Below are positions 45,983 to 54,402 of a stretch of DNA of 64,000 nucleotides, in pieces. The stretch lies in the IMG/VR virus record IMGVR_UViG_3300044656_000123, positions 32,119-96,118 of that record; one strand, 5' to 3'. This DNA comes from a virus (taxonomy: Duplodnaviria > Caudoviricetes). Numbering within the stretch: the first letter of the stretch is position 1; every line of letters begins with the position of its first letter. Under the pieces are notes generated by a model. It was not told where the DNA came from. It worked only from the letters and a program-made list of their open reading frames with translations, and searched no databases. Position numbers and translations under genes: made by a program.

Positions 45983-47206
45983 GTGAGCGATACATTTACA
46001 AATGTTCTTGATCCGCGTGACGCTACGTATGCTATACAGCGCCAACAGCAGATTGATGAACTTCTTCAACTGAATACTCAGCAGTTAGACCGTCGCCTTA
46101 ACTGGATGTTAAACAGTGGCGAAAACATCCGTGACGATCACAAACTTTCACAGAAATTCATGGGCGATGTGCTGAGCAATGCCTCTACCCCTGAAATTCT
46201 GCGTAAAGGCATTCTTGACTCGACAAGCGGCACGACTGGTAACGTTCTAATCCGCCAGGATCTAGAGCCAATTCTGTACGCGCTGTTCGTTAAAGTGTTC
46301 CCTGCCTTCGAGAGATTGAAAAAAGGGCAAGCAAACGGTTTGGTTCACGCATTTAACCAAATCACTTCTCCTGACTCTTCCAGCGCACAGAGCACGATTA
46401 TCAGCGAACTTGGCACCGTGAGCTACGTCAGTTCAAGCTACGTTCGTGGCACTGCACCAATCGCTGTGTTTGCTACCGGGCGTGGTGTGGGTATCAAGGA
46501 ACTTGCCGCCGTTAGTGCAGGTGGAGCACCTTATGACCCACAGAAAACTGAAATGTCAAACGGTATGATCAAACTCGCCTCTGACATTCAGTACACCATC
46601 TTGCAAGGCAACGCTTCTACTTCGAGTGGCGCGGGCGCAGCTACCGAACTCGGCGTCTACAATGCCAATGGCTTTGATGGATTCCGCTCTATCCTTGGCT
46701 CGGTTGGCTCCTACTCCGGCAACAACGCCATTCAAACCGACATCGGCAGCTTGAACATGCTGGAAAGCTTGCAGTCAGTTGCGGCTAAAGCTGCAAACAA
46801 CGGCGGCAATCCTAGCTTGGTCATGATGAGCATGAACGCAAAACAGGCTCTTGACATTGAGCAACAGAACAACCAAAGGTACGATAAGGACATGGTTGAC
46901 ATTGTTCCCGGCGTGCGATGTAACAAAGTCGCATGGGCGAACGGTGAATTGACCATTCTCCCGATCCCCGGCACAACGCTCGGCACCTACAACCGCACAT
47001 CGGACAATGCGCTTGTTGAGGACATCTATGTACTCGATGAGAATGGCATTTCCTTGCGCTGGTTGTACAGCGAAAGCTTCACAGTGCTGCAAATCCCAAC
47101 AGGTGTTGACGGTGCTCTTTCTAACCGTTTCATCATCTTTGGCATGTATGGCATGGAAGTTGCCGCGCCTCTGTTCAGTGGCAAAGCTCGTAGACTGGCA
47201 AGCTAA
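45983..47206 (+). CDS. major capsid protein
   Basis: Size, position after protease/scaffold, LIRQDLEP and FDGFR motifs typical of HK97-fold capsids; AAGGA SD. Confidence 0.85.
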   Translation: MSDTFTNVLDPRDATYAIQRQQQIDELLQLNTQQLDRRLNWMLNSGENIRDDHKLSQKFMGDVLSNASTPEILRKGILDSTSGTTGNVLIRQDLEPILYALFVKVFPAFERLKKGQANGLVHAFNQITSPDSSSAQSTIISELGTVSYVSSSYVRGTAPIAVFATGRGVGIKELAAVSAGGAPYDPQKTEMSNGMIKLASDIQYTILQGNASTSSGAGAATELGVYNANGFDGFRSILGSVGSYSGNNAIQTDIGSLNMLESLQSVAAKAANNGGNPSLVMMSMNAKQALDIEQQNNQRYDKDMVDIVPGVRCNKVAWANGELTILPIPGTTLGTYNRTSDNALVEDIYVLDENGISLRWLYSESFTVLQIPTGVDGALSNRFIIFGMYGMEVAAPLFSGKARRLAS

Positions 47207-47210
47207 AATC

Positions 47211-48128
47211 ATGGTGTATTCTCGCTACGCCAGTTCAATTAGCAGGGTTAATGCTATTGCTCGTAGAGAGAAGCGTAGGGCCGCAAGGTTGGCTAGAAGG
47301 CATGCCGTTGCGGTCCTACGAGGCCAGATCAGGCAGCAAAGAGCGCTAATTGCTGGTGAACGCAAAGCCATAGCATCACAAAGGCTTAAAGAAAGGTCTA
47401 CTCTTGCCGCAGACCGATCACGAATAGCCAAAGTGAAAAACTCTGAACGCAGAGCAAGGGCCGCAGAGAGGTCTGCTTTGCTCAGAGACAGAAGCAAGAT
47501 AGCTGGTATTCGCGCCAAAGAAAAATCACAGGTAGCTAAACAGCGCAAAACGATTCTTGCGCAAAGTACTGCCATAAAGAATGAGCGCTCCATAATCAAG
47601 CAAGAACGCGCTGAAATGCGGAGCATGAGCAGTGAACAAAAACGTGCCATGCGCTCAGTTATCAAGGGCCAGGAAGCAGCAATTAGAGCGCAACGCACTA
47701 AGGTTAGGTCTGAACGGGCCACGGTAAGAAAAGAACGTTTAGCAGCTAGGCGCAAGATAACAAAGATCCGTGGGCAAGAAAAGAGTATCAGAGCTAAGTT
47801 TAAGCGTACAAAGGCAGTAGCTAAAGGTAAGATATCGAGCCTGAAAGCTTCTGAGCGGCGCACTAAAACAGCTTTTAAATCAAAGTTATCAGGCGAAAAA
47901 GCCAGTATAGCCGGAAGCAGGAAAACTATTGCCGGGTATAAGGCAAGAATAGCCTCTATCAGAGGTGCTACCGGGACCTCTCGAAAGGGCGTCACTAAAA
48001 GGTACACCTTTAAACGAACATCGTACAAAGGAACAAAGTCGGCAGCTTCAGGCACAAGCGCTTTTAGAAGCGGCCTGACAAAAACAACGGCGTCGAGAAC
48101 GACAAAACATCACGGAGGACATCACTAA
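47211..48128 (+). CDS. extremely basic Arg/Lys/Ala/Ser-rich protein, 305 aa
   Basis: Starts 4 nt after the capsid stop and is TAATG-coupled to the next gene; low-complexity basic helical repeats. Confidence 0.75.
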   Translation: MVYSRYASSISRVNAIARREKRRAARLARRHAVAVLRGQIRQQRALIAGERKAIASQRLKERSTLAADRSRIAKVKNSERRARAAERSALLRDRSKIAGIRAKEKSQVAKQRKTILAQSTAIKNERSIIKQERAEMRSMSSEQKRAMRSVIKGQEAAIRAQRTKVRSERATVRKERLAARRKITKIRGQEKSIRAKFKRTKAVAKGKISSLKASERRTKTAFKSKLSGEKASIAGSRKTIAGYKARIASIRGATGTSRKGVTKRYTFKRTSYKGTKSAASGTSAFRSGLTKTTASRTTKHHGGHH

Positions 48129-48577
48129 TGCCAATCGCAAAACAAGATCCGAGCAAGGTAGAGATTTTACCAGCGTATAAGCCTAATGGTCAGCTAGCAA
48201 CAGCAAGCGATGATCTTTGCACAGTCTTACACGGCTACGGGCGCGTAGCCTCTGACGACGTTCATTACATTGACAACTACAAGTTTGTTGGCGGTATCGG
48301 GCGAAATATTCCCCGTTCTATCGCTAAGCACTGGAAAAATGGCACAAGGCCGGACGGTCAGCCTGCTATTAGCCGGGTGTTTTGTCAAGCTATCCTACCA
48401 AACGACGCCAATGAAGTTGACTTTGCGCAAGCGACGGGTATTCAGCCTATGGAGCCGACAAAGCTAGCTGCCATGATCGGGGCTAGTGACGCGCAGGCTC
48501 TTATTGAAGCGCTCGGTATCCAGAAAACCGCGCAATTGATCGAAGAGCTAAAGGCTGGCATCGGCCAAGCTAAATAG
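48128..48577 (+). CDS. hypothetical virion-module protein
   Basis: GGAGG SD. Confidence 0.75.
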   Translation: MPIAKQDPSKVEILPAYKPNGQLATASDDLCTVLHGYGRVASDDVHYIDNYKFVGGIGRNIPRSIAKHWKNGTRPDGQPAISRVFCQAILPNDANEVDFAQATGIQPMEPTKLAAMIGASDAQALIEALGIQKTAQLIEELKAGIGQAK

Positions 48578-48619
48578 TTATACACATTTTAAATAGTTAT
48601 ACACAGGAGATGTGTATAA
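48578..48619. promoter_or_regulatory. three TTATACACA (DnaA-box consensus) sites
   Basis: 48578-48586 (+), 48597-48605 (+), 48611-48619 (-). Confidence 0.6.
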
Positions 48620-48656
48620 CTTGATACGGACAACCGTACAAGAAAGGTCTGCTGAT

Positions 48657-49349
48657 ATGAAAATATCGAAAGCATTGCGAGGCAATCTTGACTTGCAGCA
48701 GATTGAGTGTCTTAATGTTGCCGCCGCTTCTGCTGGCTCCGGCTCCGATTTTGAGCATGTTATAGGCTATGTGGCCGACCTTACGCAAGGTGGTCCTTCA
48801 GGCGCAGCGGGTATGCAGGCAGTAAACTATCAGCAAATTCGCTACTTTACAATGGTGTGGGAAGCGACCATGACAGGGCAGGCAACAAACTACTTCACGA
48901 TCAACTTTAACCAGTACCGCGCAGGTGCTTTGTTGGTAAACACTACTTCGAGCACTTCTGTTAGTGCGGCTGGCTCAGCTACAATCACCGTTGGCTCTGG
49001 TGGTGCTAAAAACTGTTACATTGGTCAGTACTTAAACATTAGCGGCGGCACAGGCACCGCAGAAACCGTACAGGTTACAGCGTTTAATGCGAACAGTAAC
49101 ACCATTACGGCTGTGTTTGCTAACACGCACTCAGGCACCTATAACGTAGTTGCCGCGCCCCTTGCCACGCTTGCATACAGTTCAAGTTCGGTGACTGATA
49201 GCAAGTTTGTGCCTCACCAGATTAAAGCTTTGCCGAACACGGTACAGGCAGGCGATGTTATCACCGTAGCCCGTGTGTCTACTGGTACAGGGTTAGCTTC
49301 TGTTGCTGCTACGTTTGGCTATGAATGGGTCTGTGCCGGACCACAGTAG
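48657..49349 (+). CDS. virion structural protein (decoration-like, Thr/Ala/Gly-rich)
   Basis: Beta-rich composition; position in the head module. Confidence 0.7.
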   Translation: MKISKALRGNLDLQQIECLNVAAASAGSGSDFEHVIGYVADLTQGGPSGAAGMQAVNYQQIRYFTMVWEATMTGQATNYFTINFNQYRAGALLVNTTSSTSVSAAGSATITVGSGGAKNCYIGQYLNISGGTGTAETVQVTAFNANSNTITAVFANTHSGTYNVVAAPLATLAYSSSSVTDSKFVPHQIKALPNTVQAGDVITVARVSTGTGLASVAATFGYEWVCAGPQ

Positions 49350-49359
49350 GGAGTAAGGC

Positions 49360-49671
49360 ATGGCTCAGAGTTTCGCGCATCATTCTGAAGTTGGTACGTA
49401 CACACCGTACCACTTCAATGCTACTCAATCTTCAACGTTAATTGCTACAGACCATACACACGGCACCTTTTTAGGGACCGTTGTAATTAATCAAGCTGGT
49501 ACAAGTGACGTTATTACACTTTCTAATGGAAGTAGCAATACTATCGCCGTAATTCATCCGGTAGCTGGCGCTACTTACACGTATAGATGTAAATGTGATC
49601 AAGGCTTGTTTGTAACTATTGCTGGCACAGCCGGAGATTATACAATCAATGCTAAGCCGGGTGCAATTTAG
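49360..49671 (+). CDS. small virion protein
   Basis: GGAG SD; beta-rich. Confidence 0.7.
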   Translation: MAQSFAHHSEVGTYTPYHFNATQSSTLIATDHTHGTFLGTVVINQAGTSDVITLSNGSSNTIAVIHPVAGATYTYRCKCDQGLFVTIAGTAGDYTINAKPGAI

Positions 49672-49680
49672 GAAATATAA

Positions 49681-50625
49681 ATGCCAAAGTACTTAACTGT
49701 CAATCAGTACAAAAGATACGGGGATGGGGTGTCACTTTCTGGCGTGACTGATATGAACTTGGCATTTATGATAAGCAGGGCCGAAGCATCCATAGATGCG
49801 CACTTCGGCCTTGATCCTAAATTGGGAGGTTGGGAGCCTCACCAAGTCATGCTACAGCAAAGGTTTAACGAGCATACACGTCAAACCTTCATGCCAAACT
49901 ACCATATCCCGGTGCGTAATATTACACGGTATCGTATTCAGGTATCAAACGTCTCAACGTCCGGCGCTGGATTCTTCGCTGACATCAATGCTGGCGACTG
50001 TGTTATCAACAACACGGGCCAGTACATTGAAATTGTACCGTTGCAGGCAGTGACATACTCTTTATCCCCGGTACTTCTTGAACTAGGATTAAAATGGCCT
50101 ATTGTCGAGATGGATTGCGAGGTAGGATATTACATTCCGGTCTTTGGAGACACTTTAATAGATGGTGGTCAACACACTACATATTATGCAACTGATGGTT
50201 TTTGGGCTAGCAGCTATGACCAATCTCTTGCATCGCAACCTAATCAACTTCCGCCAGTGCCGCCAAATGTCTACGTTAACGGCGTCAAACAAAACGCTTC
50301 AGCGTACACAGTAAACTATCAGGATGGATCTATCACCTTTAACTCTGTCCAGTTGCCAACAGCAACCGTATCGCTGGACTACACTAAAACAATCCCTGAT
50401 TTCATCACAGAGGCGTGTGTTATTCAAACGTCGTATCTAATGGCGCATAAACGCTTAAATGAAATGGGTGTCTACTCAGGCATGTATCAATTCCGTAATG
50501 GAGAGCAAGAGATAAGCTATCCACGTGTTACAGGTGTATCAATGCTAGGACGTACCACGCCTACGTCTCTTTGTCCTGAAGCACTTGGCGTTTTATCTCG
50601 TTATGATGACTGGTCTATAGCATGA
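49681..50625 (+). CDS. head-tail adaptor (probable)
   Basis: YLTV.QY...ISRAEASIDAH and IPDFITEAC motifs; inserted VYVNG...YTVNYQDGSITF domain. Confidence 0.7.
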   Translation: MPKYLTVNQYKRYGDGVSLSGVTDMNLAFMISRAEASIDAHFGLDPKLGGWEPHQVMLQQRFNEHTRQTFMPNYHIPVRNITRYRIQVSNVSTSGAGFFADINAGDCVINNTGQYIEIVPLQAVTYSLSPVLLELGLKWPIVEMDCEVGYYIPVFGDTLIDGGQHTTYYATDGFWASSYDQSLASQPNQLPPVPPNVYVNGVKQNASAYTVNYQDGSITFNSVQLPTATVSLDYTKTIPDFITEACVIQTSYLMAHKRLNEMGVYSGMYQFRNGEQEISYPRVTGVSMLGRTTPTSLCPEALGVLSRYDDWSIA

Positions 50626-51005
50626 TTGTACTAGCAAACGTATATGTTGACATTTATAGATCGTCATACAGTACGAGTAGTGGTACAGACACGGCTCAGC
50701 CGTATCTTGTGAAGGTCGAAGGGCATATATCGCGCATACAAGGCGCAATATTAAAGCCTGTGCAAGCTGGCGGGGTGCTCTATTCACAGTATGCACTAGG
50801 CTTAGATACTTCTGTAGACGTACAAAAGGGCGATATTATAAAAAATATACGCAGAAAAGACAGTGGTAAACTCTGGTTTGACAATACGGATTATCAAGAA
50901 TGGCGTGTAACTGACGCTAATAATTCAAGTATTGGCTTTCTAGAGTACCGAGATGTTGAACTAACCCGCATTGTTGCCGGGGGAGGCTTTAAAAGTGGAA
51001 TTTGA
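50622..51005 (+). CDS. head closure/stopper protein (probable)
   Basis: Synteny, size, DVQKGDII motif. Confidence 0.6.
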   Translation: MIVLANVYVDIYRSSYSTSSGTDTAQPYLVKVEGHISRIQGAILKPVQAGGVLYSQYALGLDTSVDVQKGDIIKNIRRKDSGKLWFDNTDYQEWRVTDANNSSIGFLEYRDVELTRIVAGGGFKSGI

Positions 51006-51471
51006 GATTGATACAACTCAAATTGAAGAGTGGATAGCCAGGATCGAAGCCGCTATTGAAGCCGCGCCGGAAACTTGTGCAAGGATAGCGAATGAAGGCG
51101 GCGATTTGCTAGCGCTGGCACTTGGCGTTAATGCCCCTTTTGATGGCGCGGCTAATAACGGCGTTTTACCAAATGAGGCAGGGCATTTAAATCAAAGCTT
51201 TGGCTATAACGAAGCTACGCCGGGTGAGTCGTGCGTTGCTGAGGTTTGGACCAATGAGCCTATTAAGTATCAATATGTTACACAGGGTACGGCTACTCCT
51301 ATTCTTCCGGTACAAAAAATGGCTCTCTGGTGGCCTGATGCCGCACACCCTGTTGCTTTTGTACGTGGACAGGAAGCAAACCCATTTCAGGAAAAGGCTA
51401 AAGCTGATTTTGAGTCTGAATTTCCCGATGCTGCAAACACTATCGTTGCTGAATGGCTAGGTGAAATTTAA
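50995..51471 (+). CDS. neck protein, HK97 gp10-like
   Basis: NAP...GHLNQSF...YVTQGT...GQEANPF; GGAGG SD before GTG 50995. Confidence 0.7.
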   Translation: MEFEIDTTQIEEWIARIEAAIEAAPETCARIANEGGDLLALALGVNAPFDGAANNGVLPNEAGHLNQSFGYNEATPGESCVAEVWTNEPIKYQYVTQGTATPILPVQKMALWWPDAAHPVAFVRGQEANPFQEKAKADFESEFPDAANTIVAEWLGEI

Positions 51472-51947
51472 TGGCTAACCCTAATCCAGACAGCGTAATA
51501 ATGTCAGCAATAGCAACAATTGCCCCCGCAGGTACACGCTTAGCGTCATTTGGCAACCCGGTGATCATCGAGAATGAATACTTGTTGTCACAAGGGCGCT
51601 TTCCTGCCTTGCATATCGAAGCAGACAGGCAAAAATATGTGCCGTGTGGCGCAAGTGTCTACGATGGTACTGCAAAGTTTCTTATTACGTATCTGGATAG
51701 ATGGGATCAAGCTACAGTAAGCATAGATGTTATCAGGAAAAATGTAAAGTCCGACCTTGAGATAATCATGGCTAATCTCATGCATAACTCATCTCTTGCC
51801 GTAGCCGGGGAAGCAACAGCAGTTTCTATTTCACAGTATCAACTTAGCCCTTATAGGGGTGAACTTGACAGTACAACCGTACAAGGTATGGTATTATTAA
51901 AAAGGACGTTGACCGTTACCGTCAATGTGCTTCCATTCGATGTTTAG
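51471..51947 (+). CDS. tail terminator/completion protein (probable)
   Basis: Synteny; FPALHI motif. Confidence 0.6.
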   Translation: MANPNPDSVIMSAIATIAPAGTRLASFGNPVIIENEYLLSQGRFPALHIEADRQKYVPCGASVYDGTAKFLITYLDRWDQATVSIDVIRKNVKSDLEIIMANLMHNSSLAVAGEATAVSISQYQLSPYRGELDSTTVQGMVLLKRTLTVTVNVLPFDV

Positions 51948-51958
51948 GAGATGTTTAG

Positions 51959-52297
51959 ATGGCAAAGATTCCAGCTAGGTATGTCGGAGGTCATGACATC
52001 CTGTTGAGTAAGTTTGGAGGCCCGTATTATGACGGTGATGGCCGCAGACTGCTTGACCTTGTATTGCACCCCGGCGATACGTTGATGATGGAAGATGAAG
52101 AGGTTTTAGGGTTTTCGATGCTTCATGATCCACGTCATGAAAAAGAATCTGTAAAAATCGGTGTCGGCAAGCAGGTTCTAGACGAGCATAACAGCCTGAA
52201 AGACCATGAATTGCGCGAACTTGGTTATCAATTCCATGAGGGGCGCAGAGATTTTGAGCCGATTCGTAGAACAGCACCTTTAGGAGATAACGACTAA
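51959..52297 (+). CDS. hypothetical protein
   Basis: AGGAG SD. Confidence 0.7.
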   Translation: MAKIPARYVGGHDILLSKFGGPYYDGDGRRLLDLVLHPGDTLMMEDEEVLGFSMLHDPRHEKESVKIGVGKQVLDEHNSLKDHELRELGYQFHEGRRDFEPIRRTAPLGDND

Positions 52298-53544
52298 TGC
52301 CTATCGTTCCAATTCGTGAAGATAACGCTTATGTGGGCATTGCTAAGCAATCTTCGCAAGGTTCACCTGTAGCGCCTTCAACCTTTGTTCGCTGGCTAGA
52401 TGGTACAAAGCTTGAGTTTGGCATGAAAACCGCTGAAGTTTGGGAAGGCGATGGGTCGCGCCATGTCTCACAGCTTATCAAAGAGCAACAGATGGTCAAG
52501 GTAACGGTTAAGTTTAATCCGCGCCCCATCGAACTAGGCTTCTTTGAGGCTGCGGCGCTCGGTTCTAACTCTGATACCTTCACGGCAGCTACCGTTTCAA
52601 CTACCGTCTCTGCAAATACTAGCTCTGGCGCAACGAGTGTCAATGTTCCTTCTAACACCGGGCTAACTGGCACTGGCACAATCACGCTTGTTGTTGGTGC
52701 AGGCACCGCAAACGAAGAAATAGCCACGTTTAACCTGCCTGTAACTGGCGCTGGCCCGTACACTTTGACAGTTGCTAACTCTGGTACGCTGAAGAAATCG
52801 CACACCACCAGCGACGTAATACGCACGTTCTCTCAGCATGTACTCACTGATCAGGTAGACAGCCCTTATTACACCCTAGAGGTTGGTCTAGGCTCACTTA
52901 ACGGCGGTGCTGGCCCAACGCTCCGCGTCACTGACTGCAAAGTAGAGCAGATTCAACGTACCGCAAAGTCAGGCGGCATACTGGAATACAATGTTGATTT
53001 TGTCGGTATCGCAACGGTTGCGCAGACCAATCCAAGCGTAGTGACGTACGAGAATCACAATATATTCTTGTATTCGCAAAGTAACGGCGGCTGGACATTA
53101 AACGGCAGTACTACAGGCGATGCTCAGGCTGTCGAGCAGTTCAGTATCACGCAGAAGAACGCTATTGATACAGGCATTCAGGCCGAGGCTCTTACTCTTG
53201 CCGCGCTTATCTTCGGTAACATTGATGTTAAAACCAACATCGAAGTTATTATGCAGAATAGCAACCTTATCAATTTAACGTACTTCGGCAGCAACACAGG
53301 CACAAGTGACTCGCAAACTATTGGCGCTGGTAACTTAACCGTATCATTCTCTCAACCTGACGGATTTCATGTGGTCACGTATACCCTTACCACGCTGAAC
53401 TATGCTCAGCTTAAAATGCCGGAGCCAAAGAAAGACGGTAAGCACTTCAAGTTTAGCTTAGAAGGCACCAGTACATCAAACATGGGGCAAAACACTTACC
53501 TTCTACAAGTAACCGTTCAAAACACTCAGAACTCTTCGTACTAG
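52297..53544 (+). CDS. major tail tube protein with inserted beta domain
   Basis: YVGIAKQSSQGSPVAP N-terminus, PYYTLEVG, DCKVEQI; position before chaperones and tape measure. Confidence 0.8.
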   Translation: MPIVPIREDNAYVGIAKQSSQGSPVAPSTFVRWLDGTKLEFGMKTAEVWEGDGSRHVSQLIKEQQMVKVTVKFNPRPIELGFFEAAALGSNSDTFTAATVSTTVSANTSSGATSVNVPSNTGLTGTGTITLVVGAGTANEEIATFNLPVTGAGPYTLTVANSGTLKKSHTTSDVIRTFSQHVLTDQVDSPYYTLEVGLGSLNGGAGPTLRVTDCKVEQIQRTAKSGGILEYNVDFVGIATVAQTNPSVVTYENHNIFLYSQSNGGWTLNGSTTGDAQAVEQFSITQKNAIDTGIQAEALTLAALIFGNIDVKTNIEVIMQNSNLINLTYFGSNTGTSDSQTIGAGNLTVSFSQPDGFHVVTYTLTTLNYAQLKMPEPKKDGKHFKFSLEGTSTSNMGQNTYLLQVTVQNTQNSSY

Positions 53545-53572
53545 ACGTACGGACAATAGGAGAACACAACAA

Positions 53573-54028
53573 ATGGAACAAAGTTCAAGCCTTGATCTTT
53601 TCTTAAACGCTGAAACAAACTTCAGCGAAATCTTGCCGGAGCCTGTTGAAGTAGACATCGTTGAGTACGAAGAAACTGAAGTAGGCACCCGACCTAATGG
53701 CAAGCCTATTATCAGGCGTGACCCTGTTGCAAGGACCACGTATATCAACACCTACGTTCCGATGCGCGTCTTTCACAAGATGATTGCCAGTCAGGAGAAG
53801 ATAAAACGTGCTCAGGCTATGATGAACGGCGAAGAAAAGAACAGTGACGCTATGATTTCATGGATGACAGAGCAAGTATTAGCCGTGTGGCAACTGACTG
53901 AGCCTGACATGGATCTTGACACGCTGTTAGAAGGCTTGACTTTCCCTAAAATTCTAGGTTTGTTCTCGGTTTTTTTCGGAAGCCAGTTGAAATTAATGCA
54001 GGCGCAGGCTCAGCAGGCGGAAGAATAA
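53573..54028 (+). CDS. tail assembly chaperone (gpG-like)
   Basis: Position; slippery T TTT TTC at 53971-53977. Confidence 0.8.
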   Translation: MEQSSSLDLFLNAETNFSEILPEPVEVDIVEYEETEVGTRPNGKPIIRRDPVARTTYINTYVPMRVFHKMIASQEKIKRAQAMMNGEEKNSDAMISWMTEQVLAVWQLTEPDMDLDTLLEGLTFPKILGLFSVFFGSQLKLMQAQAQQAEE

Positions 54029-54393
54029 GACACCCTTCCGAAGAAAGTTGGGGTGAGCTTTCTTCGGAAGTTCAAATCATGGATTGGGACGATGAGGCGC
54101 AAAGAGAAGCCATGCGCCAAGCTAGAGAACTACAAAAACGTGACCCTGAAGCCGCGTCACATCTTATTGTGACGCTACAAGCAACGCAAGAGGAGCAGGA
54201 GAAGAAGGGAAACATTGTAGATCGAAGGCCAGATGGCTATGACCCCATCAAGCTTTACGACATTGTATGTAAAGAGTACGGATGGAGACCCAAAGACATT
54301 GATGAGATGCATTATATGACATTCTTTGCAATGGTCCGGGCCATGATGGATCGTCACGAAGAAGAAAACGCGCAATTAAAGAGCTATAACTAG
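53971..54393 (+). CDS. tail assembly chaperone -1 frame extension (gpGT-like)
   Basis: -1 frame is open from the slippery site into the 54079..54393 ORF (YGWRPKDIDEM motif). Confidence 0.75.
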   Translation, partial: FFRKPVEINAGAGSAGGRIRHPSEESWGELSSEVQIMDWDDEAQREAMRQARELQKRDPEAASHLIVTLQATQEEQEKKGNIVDRRPDGYDPIKLYDIVCKEYGWRPKDIDEMHYMTFFAMVRAMMDRHEEENAQLKSYN

Positions 54394-54402
54394 GAGTTTT
54401 GA

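Noticed and set aside
47007-47210. Upstream extension of the basic protein as in the ORF track
   Set aside because: Overlaps the capsid gene; ATG 47211 right after the capsid stop is more plausible
47225-48055. 276-aa minus-strand ORF
   Set aside because: Shadow of the basic protein's biased codons, antisense within the late operon, no SD
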